Shown here: one piece after another, positions 7,867 to 16,907 of the stretch
How the letters are laid out: each line of letters opens with the position of its first letter
Numbering within the stretch: the first letter of the stretch is position 1
Virus record (IMG/VR): IMGVR_UViG_3300033414_000001
Coordinates: 14,919 to 78,918 of that record
Origin: a virus
Lineage: Duplodnaviria > Caudoviricetes
DNA length: 64,000 nucleotides
Strand: one strand, 5' to 3'
Translations under genes and position numbers: made by a program
Notes under the pieces: generated by a model
Told to the model about the DNA's origin: nothing
Database searches by the model: none
What the model saw: only the letters and a program-made list of their open reading frames with translations

Positions 7867-8249
7867 GCACCATCCATCGAAAGAAATTCGCAGACGGGCG
7901 AGAGTCACCGCAGGAAATGCATCAGCGTGTGGCTTGGCACGGGAAGCGGTGCCTCGGTTGCGGGGGTCCGCCAGCCATCCAGATCCGCGTGCTCGCTCCG
8001 ATCGCCGAGTTGACAAGGCTGGCGCCGGGCGTCATGGCGGCGATCGCCGCCAGCAATTCGGATCACCCCGGCGCGGTCCCGTCCGTCCCAACCAAGTACG
8101 GTGCGATGATGGTGACGAGCGAGACCTGCTACTGTCGGCTCTGCGCCTCGGCGGCGGAGAGAGCGGCGGCGCGCGGGCCGAGCTGGACGATCGTGGAGAT
8201 CGATCGAGGTCCTGACCCAAAGCAGCGGGTAACGGTGGGCATGACTTAA
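7863..8249 (+). CDS. Zn-binding hypothetical protein
   Basis: CLGCGG and CYCRLC; ATGA coupling. Confidence 0.7.
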   Translation: MSTIHRKKFADGRESPQEMHQRVAWHGKRCLGCGGPPAIQIRVLAPIAELTRLAPGVMAAIAASNSDHPGAVPSVPTKYGAMMVTSETCYCRLCASAAERAAARGPSWTIVEIDRGPDPKQRVTVGMT

Positions 8250-8264
8250 CGGAAGGAGCACCCC

Positions 8265-10022
8265 ATGGCGCGCACTCGCGTCACCAATTGGTCCGCGTCG
8301 CCGGTCACGATCCCGGGGTACGGACTCTATCTGCCCCCCGGGTCCGCCGTGGTGCTGGACGGGGATGTCGCGACCGTTCGCTCGGCCATGGGGGGAGGGA
8401 CGCTTGCCGGGCTCCGAGTCGAGTCGTCCTATAGCTCCGACGCCCCGACTCCGTTCCTGGCCCCTCAGGACTCCAGTCCTGCCGCCAAGACGACGGGGGC
8501 GCTGCGCATCATTTTCGTGAACCCCTCCAGCGGGTCCGACTCCAGCGATGGCTCTGAAAACTTCCCCCTTCTTCGGCTGTCGGAGGCCTTGCGGAGGATC
8601 CCGAGCAACGTTGGGCTTGATCGGTACGTGGTGTGCGTGATTGGCGCGTTCACGCCGTCGGCCGGCGTTGGCCTGGTCCCGCCCATCGTAACGCTTCCGG
8701 CGGCGCTACCGGAGTTCTCGGGGGCTCAGGAGTCTACCCCGAAATGGAGCGACGTGGCTGCGGCGTTGGGTGTGCCCATGTACAGTGATGACGTTCTCGG
8801 TCCGCTGCCGCCGGTCGTCATTGCTGCGCGACCGCGCGTAATCGCAAGCGTGAATAGCGCGCTCGGGGCGTGGGCGGCGGGGACGGTCAAATTCCACGCC
8901 GCGTACAGCAACGACGTGGCGGAACTCGCCCCCGATCAGTGGAGACAGATGGGGGTGTGCAAGCTGCAAACCTTCACGGCTTCGGTCGCGGCGGTCGCGG
9001 CCCCCCTCTACCCGATCCTGAACGATCGCCCCGAGCTCATCGACACGGCCGTGATGATCGCGGGGCGCACGACCCCGAATGCGATCGGGGCTGTCTTCGG
9101 CGCGCACAAGACAGACGCGGGGGCGACGTGGAAGCTCCATGCCTGCGTCGCGTCCGCAGTGACGATGCTTGGAGACGTCAGCGGCGGGGAAGTGCTACAG
9201 GCGCCCGTGGGTGCAGCGGAGATCTTTGACGTGTTGGAGCCCGGCGCCGTTCTGACCTCTGCCGCCAGCGCGTCTATCCCGTCCGGATACGGGTTCTACG
9301 GTATCTACTTCACGCCAGACACGATTCCTCCCACGCAGAGAGGGAACGGGGACTTCGTCCTTTGCTACGTGAATCGCATGGACGTACGAGACGGCGGCAT
9401 TGCGCGCTTCTTCGGCAGCGTCGTCGGCAGCCTGTTTGCGTCGAAGGGGACACTCTGGTGCGTGTCGTCCTGGGTGCACGACATCTCCGGCGACTCGGGC
9501 GGAAACTTCCGCTTCAAGGTTGCTGAGGGGTCGAGCGTCAACATGACGACGTGCTTCGTCGACTTTGACTTCTACACGTCGAACGAGGAATCCTCCTCGT
9601 CGCCGATTGACGCAAAGCAGTGCAGTTTGGGCACGGCCTGGCTCGTCGGAATCGCTACGCCCGGCAGGATCACGCTCAATCGATGCGACGTGAACGATGT
9701 CTGGTCGTTCACGCCGGGCTCAGTCATCTCGCTTCTGGGGTGCGGCACGCATTCGTTCGTGGCCATTCGGAACGGGGTGTCGGTCCACATTCTCCACGAC
9801 CCAGTCATCGGAGAGCTGCCGAGCGAGGTGCGGATCAACGGCACCTACGCGCTCGGCGCCGCCGACGCAGTGAAGGTGTTCACTCGCGCACAACTCATCA
9901 CCGCGCTCGGGCTCGGCGCCTCGGCGAACTACGCCAACGACAACGGCGTGGTGGTAAGCGTTTACGAAGTCGGCAACGAGAGTACGCTCGCCACGGTGGG
10001 CGAACGCACCAACATTGTGTAG
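8265..10022 (+). CDS. fibre/spike-like protein with probable beta-helix
   Basis: IFVNPSSGSDSSDGSENFPLLRLSEAL is a typical pectin-lyase-fold (DUF1565-like) start motif; the C-terminus is repetitive and beta-rich; strong RBS. Confidence 0.6.
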   Translation: MARTRVTNWSASPVTIPGYGLYLPPGSAVVLDGDVATVRSAMGGGTLAGLRVESSYSSDAPTPFLAPQDSSPAAKTTGALRIIFVNPSSGSDSSDGSENFPLLRLSEALRRIPSNVGLDRYVVCVIGAFTPSAGVGLVPPIVTLPAALPEFSGAQESTPKWSDVAAALGVPMYSDDVLGPLPPVVIAARPRVIASVNSALGAWAAGTVKFHAAYSNDVAELAPDQWRQMGVCKLQTFTASVAAVAAPLYPILNDRPELIDTAVMIAGRTTPNAIGAVFGAHKTDAGATWKLHACVASAVTMLGDVSGGEVLQAPVGAAEIFDVLEPGAVLTSAASASIPSGYGFYGIYFTPDTIPPTQRGNGDFVLCYVNRMDVRDGGIARFFGSVVGSLFASKGTLWCVSSWVHDISGDSGGNFRFKVAEGSSVNMTTCFVDFDFYTSNEESSSSPIDAKQCSLGTAWLVGIATPGRITLNRCDVNDVWSFTPGSVISLLGCGTHSFVAIRNGVSVHILHDPVIGELPSEVRINGTYALGAADAVKVFTRAQLITALGLGASANYANDNGVVVSVYEVGNESTLATVGERTNIV

Positions 10023-10038
10023 GCAAGGGGAGGATCTC

Positions 10039-10491
10039 GTGGGAGAGGCCGCCGCTAGATACATCAAGGCTCGCAATCGAGCGGGCAAAGCGGAGCAGCG
10101 CAAAAAGCGCTCCCCGGAGGACCGGCGCGCACTGGAGACGATGCGTCGCGAGGCGGATAAGCGTGGCGCAGAGCTGGAGAATGACGGCGAAGGTGGCCTC
10201 CCGGCGACGCTCGTCCTGGACGTGATGCGTCGGGACAAGTACACGTGCAAGCGATGCAACGGGAAGCGCGAGAAGCCGATCACCGTCCACCACAAGGGCG
10301 GCATCGTCGAATCGGAATGGCTCGACAAGAAGGGCCACAAGAGCGTGGCCAACAATCTCGTAGTGCTATGCACCGATTGCCACGACGACGTGCACAGTGA
10401 GGCGCGCGAGGAAGGCGTCGACTCCAGCCAGAGGACGCCGAGCGCCGACAAGGGCGATCCGAAGCATGACCCGGACGCACGAAAGGAATGA
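10039..10491 (+). CDS. HNH endonuclease
   Basis: RRDKYTCKRC...VHHK...NNLVVLCTDCHDDVH. Confidence 0.85.
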   Translation: MGEAAARYIKARNRAGKAEQRKKRSPEDRRALETMRREADKRGAELENDGEGGLPATLVLDVMRRDKYTCKRCNGKREKPITVHHKGGIVESEWLDKKGHKSVANNLVVLCTDCHDDVHSEAREEGVDSSQRTPSADKGDPKHDPDARKE

Positions 10492-10495
10492 GATC

Positions 10496-10948
10496 ATGGC
10501 CGACCCGAAGAAGCTGCGCGCGCTGCTCGACACGCAGGCCTATGCGTATCCCGGAACGGGAACCGACTACATGCGTGCCGTGCACGACATGACGAAGCAC
10601 GACGATCCCGCCGAGCCGCTCCCGTCCGACGACATGAGCGAGGAGGGACAGATTGCACGGAAGGTCGGCGCCGGGTACATGGAGATCCGGGAGGATGCCG
10701 GCGGGTTCTCCTGTGGCGCGTGCCGCTATGCGGCGCCCGGCCCGAGCGAAGAAGAGGCCAGCTGCATGCACGCGCAGATCCGCGCGCAGGTGAGCGCGAT
10801 GCACGGGTGCTGCAATCTCTTCTGGCCCCTGGAGGGCCCGGTGGTCTTCCCGGATGGCGCGATGCCACCCGAAGAGCGCGAGCCCGACTTCGAGGAGGAG
10901 GAAGAAGAAGAGGGAAGCGAGCAGGCGGAGGGCGCAGGAGAAGGGTGA
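10496..10948 (+). CDS. Cys-rich (HiPIP-like motif) acidic-tailed protein
   Basis: CGACRY...CMH...HGCCNLFWP; poly-Glu tail. Confidence 0.6.
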   Translation: MADPKKLRALLDTQAYAYPGTGTDYMRAVHDMTKHDDPAEPLPSDDMSEEGQIARKVGAGYMEIREDAGGFSCGACRYAAPGPSEEEASCMHAQIRAQVSAMHGCCNLFWPLEGPVVFPDGAMPPEEREPDFEEEEEEEGSEQAEGAGEG

Positions 10949-10949
10949 C

Positions 10950-11900
10950 ATGGCCCGTCGCAAGAGCTTGACCCCGCTCTACGAGGTCGTTGCCGAGCAT
11001 CGCAGACGGCTCGATCGCGTGGCGGAGCGACGAGCACTCCCGAGGCTCAAACGGCTGTACGACGAGGCGCACGCATCAATTGCGGACGCGTTGCGCCGAA
11101 GACTGAGAGCTGGCTTGGGCGACACTTTCACCGCGCAGCAGCAACGCGTGATGCTAGCGCAGCTCCGGATCGGGCAGGCTCGACTGGCAGGGATGTTGGC
11201 GGGCGAACTGTCCGATGCGACCGTGGAAGCGCAACTAGACACCGTCCGGTCGCTTGCCAAGGGGATTGCGAACCTGGAGCGCCACTTCACGGGCGCCGAA
11301 GTGAGTCTCCCAATCGAGGAGGCCTGGAAGCTGCGAGAGCTTGTGACCGCGCGCCGCCCCGAGCTCGACCTGATGCATCAGCGAAGCATGGCGCGTTGGG
11401 GGGCCCGGCTCTTCGCCGACGTGCACGAGCAGACTTCGCTTGCCCTCGTGACCGACGCAACAACGGAACAGGCCATCGAGATGATTCCGAAGACAGCCGC
11501 GGCTGAGTGGTGGCAGGGCGAGAGGATCGTCAGGACCGAGACCGCGTGGGCCACGAATTCCGCTGCGGCAGACGGAATCCGGGAAGCCGTCAAAACGCTT
11601 CCGGATCTGCGGAAGCGGTGGACGGAGCACGTCGACGATGAGACCGGGACGCCGTTCGACGATCGCGTGAGCCCCGACTCGCTCGTGATGCATGGCCAGG
11701 TGGCCGGCGAAGACGGGTTGTTCTGGTTCCCGTCGAATGCGCCGGGCATGGACGCTAGGGAGATTGAACGCATGCAGGAGAGGAGTCCCTGGGAGGAGCC
11801 GCCCAACCGCCCCAACGATCGAGCCTCCATCCAGCCCTGGCGGCCGGGGTGGGGGATCCCCGCGTGGGAACTGCGAGACGGAATGCGGGTGCAATTGTGA
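10950..11900 (+). CDS. head morphogenesis protein (SPP1 gp7 / MuF-like)
   Basis: RIVRTET...N, KRW, HGQV and PPNRPNDRA (a variant of HPNCRC). Confidence 0.8.
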   Translation: MARRKSLTPLYEVVAEHRRRLDRVAERRALPRLKRLYDEAHASIADALRRRLRAGLGDTFTAQQQRVMLAQLRIGQARLAGMLAGELSDATVEAQLDTVRSLAKGIANLERHFTGAEVSLPIEEAWKLRELVTARRPELDLMHQRSMARWGARLFADVHEQTSLALVTDATTEQAIEMIPKTAAAEWWQGERIVRTETAWATNSAAADGIREAVKTLPDLRKRWTEHVDDETGTPFDDRVSPDSLVMHGQVAGEDGLFWFPSNAPGMDAREIERMQERSPWEEPPNRPNDRASIQPWRPGWGIPAWELRDGMRVQL

Positions 11901-12124
11901 GTGCGTGCGCTAGGGTATTGCCCCCTCCGCCGCTCCGACCGCTCGCGTCCCCCGAGAGCGTGCCGACAGCAACGATCCCGTGGGATGTCGCATTCGTCGC
12001 CGCCAACCGGGAGCTGGACTGTCCGGAGTACGCTCGATGCCTGGACTACGCTGCGGCGCTATGCTGGCGCAGCTTCACGTGTACGCGATGCCAGTTGCGG
12101 CCTCGCGCCCCAACGAAAGGATGA
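11897..12124 (+). CDS. small Cys-rich protein
   Basis: C-x5-C...C...C-x2-C; GTGA coupling. Confidence 0.6.
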   Translation: MSACARVLPPPPLRPLASPESVPTATIPWDVAFVAANRELDCPEYARCLDYAAALCWRSFTCTRCQLRPRAPTKG

Positions 12125-12128
12125 CCCG

Positions 12129-12578
12129 ATGCCGCAGATCCCCGCAAAGAAGCTGAAGGCTCTCGCAGATCGCTACGGCCCGAAGAAGAAGCGCGACGAC
12201 GAAGAAGAGAGGGAGGCTGGCGAAGAGAAAGCAGACCGGCAGGAGGATGCCGGGGAGATCGACCCCGCCATCGTCTCGGAGGAGGGGGAGAAGATCAACG
12301 ACGGCAAGCAGGATGGCCAGCTCCGGAAGTTGATGCGCGACTTCGATCCCGAGGACAACCCGCCGGAATGGGTCCAGGACGAGGCGAAATGGGAGAAGGC
12401 CAAGGAGGCGGTGGACCCCGAGGGCGACGGAGGCGAGAAGTACGACGAGCCCTGGGCGGTTGTCGCGCACGTCTACAAGCGCATGGGCGGGAAGATCAAG
12501 GGCGGCGGAAACCCCGGGGGCGCTGGCGGCGGCGGCAGGCAATCGTTCGGCGGCAAGAGGGCCGGGGAGCGCGGTTGA
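12129..12578 (+). CDS. acidic protein with ChaB-like domain
   Basis: DEAKWEKAKEAV...Y..PWAVVAHVYKRMGG. Confidence 0.6.
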   Translation: MPQIPAKKLKALADRYGPKKKRDDEEEREAGEEKADRQEDAGEIDPAIVSEEGEKINDGKQDGQLRKLMRDFDPEDNPPEWVQDEAKWEKAKEAVDPEGDGGEKYDEPWAVVAHVYKRMGGKIKGGGNPGGAGGGGRQSFGGKRAGERG

Positions 12579-12581
12579 TTG

Positions 12582-12610
12582 TTGCGCGGCCCATGTCGCC
12601 CGTGTAGCGT
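12582..12610 (+). promoter_or_regulatory. putative sigma70-like promoter
   Basis: TTGCGC-17-TAGCGT, upstream of the small-gene cluster. Confidence 0.35.
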
Positions 12611-12621
12611 AAGCCGTAGCC

Positions 12622-12870
12622 ATGGGCGACAACCGTTCCAATCGATCGCTACTCCACTTCGGGCTCTGGGGGCCATCTGCCGAGCCGGAAATGCTGCGCC
12701 CGGGCGTTGCCTATCGGGAGGCAGATCTCCCGGGCAACGCGTATCGCTATGCAATCCCGCCGGAGCACCCGGAACGGACGGCAATGGGCGATCTCGGGTT
12801 TGCCGGCCTGGCGCCGCCCCGGAGCCTGTCGTTCGGCGGGCTGCCGTTTTCCAACCTGAGGAAGTACTAG
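12622..12870 (+). CDS. small Pro-rich hypothetical protein
   Basis: ORF track; ends LPFSNLRKY. Confidence 0.6.
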   Translation: MGDNRSNRSLLHFGLWGPSAEPEMLRPGVAYREADLPGNAYRYAIPPEHPERTAMGDLGFAGLAPPRSLSFGGLPFSNLRKY

Positions 12871-12878
12871 GGGCTCCC

Positions 12879-13103
12879 ATGTTCAAGGCGACTCCAGGGA
12901 CCGGTCCTCGCTCTCTTCGCCAGCGCGCGGAGGAGATGATCAACCCGTCGAACGTGACGGCGGTCTCGTCCTACTGTCCTCAATGCGGACATCCGCTCCA
13001 GGCGGACATTCCGCATGGCCACGGCGGTCAATCCGTGGCGCTTCCCCGGAGCGTCCCGCTCCCGACGAAGTCGACTCCGCCCTTCGTGCTCGGAGGTAAG
13101 TGA
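12879..13103 (+). CDS. small Zn-ribbon protein
   Basis: CPQCGH; ends TPPFVLGGK. Confidence 0.65.
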   Translation: MFKATPGTGPRSLRQRAEEMINPSNVTAVSSYCPQCGHPLQADIPHGHGGQSVALPRSVPLPTKSTPPFVLGGK

Positions 13104-13105
13104 TC

Positions 13106-13273
13106 GTGCCCGACATGCCGAATTGGCGAGAGTTCGAGAAGGCCGGCGCAGAGTCGCAGCGGGATGTGACCCGGGTCTACGACGACCGGTATGGGCATCC
13201 CTCCGACAAGATCGGGGAGACCAAGGAAAAGGCTCCCCCTGTCGTGAACCCTCACCCGCTCGCGCTGGAGTAA
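13106..13273 (+). CDS. 55-aa hypothetical protein (not in ORF track)
   Basis: GGAGGT RBS, GTG start; MPDMPNWREFEKAG...PPVVNPHPLALE. Confidence 0.6.
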   Translation: MPDMPNWREFEKAGAESQRDVTRVYDDRYGHPSDKIGETKEKAPPVVNPHPLALE

Positions 13274-13300
13274 CGCGAGGAAAGGCATCAGGAGACCCGG

Positions 13301-13513
13301 ATGAGCAATCCAAATTCGGAAAACTCGGTCGACGTGGGCCAGGGCAGGACGCACGTCGACGCGACGCAGAAGTACGATCAGCAGCACGGAACCGCTGCGG
13401 ACGTGTCGCACACGATCCCAACCGAAGACCGGCTGCCGACCGTCTGCTTCCCGCTGGCCTCGGAGGCCGCTCCGTTCGTGCTCGGCCCGCTCGCACCCGG
13501 GAAGCGAGAGTAA
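13301..13513 (+). CDS. small hypothetical protein
   Basis: AGGAG RBS; ends AAPFVLGPLAPGKRE. Confidence 0.65.
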   Translation: MSNPNSENSVDVGQGRTHVDATQKYDQQHGTAADVSHTIPTEDRLPTVCFPLASEAAPFVLGPLAPGKRE

Positions 13514-13516
13514 CGC

Positions 13517-13900
13517 ATGGGCGACTCCTTCTCGCTCCAGGGCAGCTACACCGTAGCTCCGCTCTCGCCTCCGTCGAGCGCGGACTTCGATGTGCTGGCC
13601 CAGATCGACGAGAAGCTGACGCTCGACGGGAAGCAGGCAGGTAGCCTCGATCTCACGGTGGACACGCCCGTCGTTGTGCCGTTCGGCGGCGTCGCGAACG
13701 CACACGTCGTCATCCTCAAGACGACGGTGGGCACGAAGGTGAAGGCCACCATCACCACCTCGGACGGAGCAGCTCAAGTCATCCCGTTCGAATCGCTGCT
13801 GATTCTGCTGAATTTCACCACCCCGGTCACCGCGATCTCGCTGACGCGATCGCCAGCCGTACTGAGCACCGTGAAGGTGCTGCTCGCCGAGAAGGCGTGA
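13517..13900 (+). CDS. beta-rich putative head decoration protein
   Basis: Position before the scaffold and capsid genes; all-beta composition. Confidence 0.6.
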   Translation: MGDSFSLQGSYTVAPLSPPSSADFDVLAQIDEKLTLDGKQAGSLDLTVDTPVVVPFGGVANAHVVILKTTVGTKVKATITTSDGAAQVIPFESLLILLNFTTPVTAISLTRSPAVLSTVKVLLAEKA

Positions 13901-13913
13901 GGAGAAGACCCCG

Positions 13914-14390
13914 ATGCCCACCACGACCAAGCCAAGCACTCTTGCCGCAGAGCTCGATCGCGCGTCACCTGGAGACGTGTCCGACGCGCTGCGCATGGTC
14001 GGTCTCGGTCGACTGCTTGACCCCGTCAAGGTCACGGTCGCCGGCCTGACGGCCGCCGCCGCGGTCGATGTCACGGCGATCCCCCGCGCCCTCGTCACCA
14101 TCAATCAGGGGCTCAAGGGCCTGGCGGCCGGGGAAGCTCTGCCGGCGATCCTGGCTGTCACGGCTCTCCGCGTGACGGCCGTGGGCGCTGGCGCCCTGGG
14201 CCCCCGCGTCGCGACCGATGTCGGCGGCACCCCCGGCGCGCCCGGAGCGACGGGCCCCGGCATCGCCACCATCTCCGACGACGGAAAAACTCTCACCTTC
14301 GAGGGGACCATCACCGGCTTCGTGCTGGAGTACATCCCTCGATCGAAGGTCGACTTCGCCACGGCGTTCGCGCCGGACCCGAAGCCGTAG
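13914..14390 (+). CDS. putative head decoration/auxiliary capsid protein
   Basis: AGGAG RBS; Ala/Gly/Thr-rich; position in the head block. Confidence 0.6.
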   Translation: MPTTTKPSTLAAELDRASPGDVSDALRMVGLGRLLDPVKVTVAGLTAAAAVDVTAIPRALVTINQGLKGLAAGEALPAILAVTALRVTAVGAGALGPRVATDVGGTPGAPGATGPGIATISDDGKTLTFEGTITGFVLEYIPRSKVDFATAFAPDPKP

Positions 14391-14525
14391 TTGCGAAAGG
14401 ACTGTCCCATCGTACCGGGGAGCGCTCCGCAAGGCGCAATCCGGGAATAACCAAAGCGGACCCCTTGCCGTGCACGCGCACGGCGGCGGTGAACCAGCCG
14501 GGAAGATCTGGGCGAGGAGAACGCA
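14391..14525 (+). promoter_or_regulatory. structured 5' leader of the scaffold gene
   Basis: GCAA-tetraloop hairpin at 14422-14437; GCCGTGC/GCACGGC stem at 14467-14484. Confidence 0.4.
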
Positions 14526-15431
14526 ATGGCAGAAGAGACCGCACCAGCAGCAGGAGGAGCCGCAGAAGCAGCAGCGGCGCAACGTGCCGGCGCGCAGGAC
14601 AATGGCGACGGGACGGTGACGCTCGCAAACGGAAAGGTGCAGGTCCTTTCCAGCGAGGCGTACAAGCGCATCAAGGAAGGAGCCAGAGCGCAGGGGCGCA
14701 AGGCGGCCCAGGCGGAGCTGGATGAGATCGCCAAGAGGTACGGGTTCGACTCAGCGGCCATAGCGCTGGCGTCGCTTCAAGCCAACGGCAACGGCAATGC
14801 TGCGCGGAACGTGCCAAGCAACGGCACCCAACGCCGAGACGATCGCCATCGCGAGGAGCGCCGAGACGATCGAGGCACTCGAAGCGGCGACGGAGAGCGA
14901 CGGGAAGCGGCGCCGGAGGCCCCTCGGCCGCCACGGCAAGGCGCCGACCGGAAATCGTGGGAGAGGTTCGAGCGTGCGCAGAAGCAATTCGAACGGGACC
15001 GCGACGCGTACCGGGAGCGTCTCAATCGAGCAACGGGCCGCTCGCGGGATCTACAGCGACAGCTCGACGCCCGCGAAGCCGAGATGGCTCTCCGCGAGAA
15101 CTTCGCCAAGGCGGGGGTGCAGGATCTCGACTACGTCGTCCACACGTTCAGTCGAGAGTTCAGCGGCAAGACCGAGGAGGAGCTCAAGGCGTTCGACGAG
15201 GCGAAGTGGATTGCCGATCTTCGCGCCAAGAAGCCGTACCTGTTCGGCGAGGTCGTCATCCCGGCCAACACCGGGGTGAACGGAGCGACTCCGCCTGCTC
15301 CGCAGCCCGGAGACGTGACTCGAACGATCGCCGCAGGCGAGCAGGTCGACGCGAGAAAGATGTCGTCGCAGCAGTTCGCACAGCACCTCAGAAGCAGAGG
15401 GATGAACCCGGACTCGATCCGAGTGGGGTAG
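14526..15431 (+). CDS. capsid scaffold protein
   Basis: Charged coiled coil, ...KPYLFG motif, directly upstream of the capsid gene. Confidence 0.8.
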   Translation: MAEETAPAAGGAAEAAAAQRAGAQDNGDGTVTLANGKVQVLSSEAYKRIKEGARAQGRKAAQAELDEIAKRYGFDSAAIALASLQANGNGNAARNVPSNGTQRRDDRHREERRDDRGTRSGDGERREAAPEAPRPPRQGADRKSWERFERAQKQFERDRDAYRERLNRATGRSRDLQRQLDAREAEMALRENFAKAGVQDLDYVVHTFSREFSGKTEEELKAFDEAKWIADLRAKKPYLFGEVVIPANTGVNGATPPAPQPGDVTRTIAAGEQVDARKMSSQQFAQHLRSRGMNPDSIRVG

Positions 15432-15512
15432 GACGGAATCCATTCGTCTCCTGCGATCGATCGATAGCCACATAGCCTCGCGCTGACGAGGCGATTTCAC
15501 AGGAGACCAGCG

Positions 15513-16907
15513 ATGGCCGATTTCAGTACCATTCTGCAAACGCCCCAGATCCGGGCGATCGTCCAGGAAAACATCCTGGAGCGCATGTTCCACGACGCGC
15601 TGTTCCCGAGACTGCTGTTCCGGGGCGAGGCGACGCCGGTCCTGTTCCCTGGCCACGTGGGCGACTCGATGGTCTTCACGGGACGGGGGCTCATCAAGCC
15701 GAAGACCGGCCCGCTGGTTCCCGGCACCGATCCGGTGCCCAGCGACTACCAGCGCGAGCAGTGGACGGCGACGATGCAGCTCTACGCCGACTCGATCGAC
15801 ACGAACATTCTCACGTCGATCTCTGCGATCGTCGACCTGTTCCTGGCCAATGCGGCGCAGATGGGACTGTCGGCCGGGCAGTCGCTCAACCGCGTGATCC
15901 GAAACCGCCTGTATGCCGCTGGCCTCAGCGGCAACACCGTGACCACCACGGCAAACGCGGGTCCTGCGTCGACTGCTCTGCCCGTGGCGCGCCTCAACGG
16001 GTTCACCAAGGCGCGCAACCCGAACCTGGCGGGTGGCTCCCCGGTGCAGTTTGCACCCGTGAGCAGCGCGAACCCGCTCGCAATCACGGTCGGGGCTGCA
16101 ACGGCCGCCGTGGTCATCGGGTTCACTCCTGCCGCGCCCGGCGATGAGGTCGGCCCAGGCACGCTGACGCTCCAGGCCGGCATCACCTGGGCCAATCGAG
16201 ATCGCGTCGTGGCTGCGGACGCCAGCGCGATCCAGCGCGTGGGCGGTGGCGCCACCATCGACGCGCTCACGACCGCGAACATCCTGACGTTCGCCGACAT
16301 CCGGTCGGTCGTGTCCAGGTTCCGGCAGAACAATGTCGACCCTCAGCCGGACAAGCGCTACCACCTGCACCTGTCGCCGAATGCCGAGGCCGAACTGTCG
16401 GCCGATGTCGAGTTCCGGCAGCTCAACACCGCCCTGCCGGACTACTACATGTACCGGGATTTCGCGATCGGCGAGATCCTGGGGTGTCTCATCTACCGCA
16501 ACTCCGAGTGCCCGATCGCGGACACCGTGAGCGGCGGCCCGACGGCATCCTACGATCCGCAGGATGCGTTCGCTGGCGAGCTGTTCGTGGGCGGCGTCCC
16601 GACCGGCGCGCCGGTCTACCACACGCTGCTCGTGGGTCAGGGCGCGATCTACGAGTACTACCAGGATCTCGATGCCCTGGTGACTGAGGCCGGCATCACC
16701 GGGCGAATCGGCCAGGCGAAGGTCACCAACAACGGCGTCGAGATCAACGTCGATCGGGTCCAGCTTGTTCTGCGCTCGCCGCTCGATCGGCTCCAGCACC
16801 TGGTCCCGGTGAGCTATCAGTTCGTCGGTGACTGGCCCACGCGCACCGACGCTACCACCGGCAGCGCCGCTCGGTTCAAGCGGATCGGCGTCATCGAGCA
16901 CGCCTAG
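15513..16907 (+). CDS. major capsid protein
   Basis: 464 aa after the scaffold, strong AGGAG RBS; HK97-like order of elements (E-loop EQWTATMQLYADS, YHLHLSP...L, GEILGC). Confidence 0.85.
   Translation: MADFSTILQTPQIRAIVQENILERMFHDALFPRLLFRGEATPVLFPGHVGDSMVFTGRGLIKPKTGPLVPGTDPVPSDYQREQWTATMQLYADSIDTNILTSISAIVDLFLANAAQMGLSAGQSLNRVIRNRLYAAGLSGNTVTTTANAGPASTALPVARLNGFTKARNPNLAGGSPVQFAPVSSANPLAITVGAATAAVVIGFTPAAPGDEVGPGTLTLQAGITWANRDRVVAADASAIQRVGGGATIDALTTANILTFADIRSVVSRFRQNNVDPQPDKRYHLHLSPNAEAELSADVEFRQLNTALPDYYMYRDFAIGEILGCLIYRNSECPIADTVSGGPTASYDPQDAFAGELFVGGVPTGAPVYHTLLVGQGAIYEYYQDLDALVTEAGITGRIGQAKVTNNGVEINVDRVQLVLRSPLDRLQHLVPVSYQFVGDWPTRTDATTGSAARFKRIGVIEHA

Noticed and set aside
10039-10491. 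HNH as a mobile intron/intein endonuclease
   Set aside because: Free-standing, with its own RBS and no interrupted host gene; HNH genes near head genes are common packaging accessories.
14391-14525. c-di-GMP riboswitch (tempting given the MshEN gene)
   Set aside because: Lacks the class I GCAAA/GAAA/GACGCAAAG consensus and class II features.
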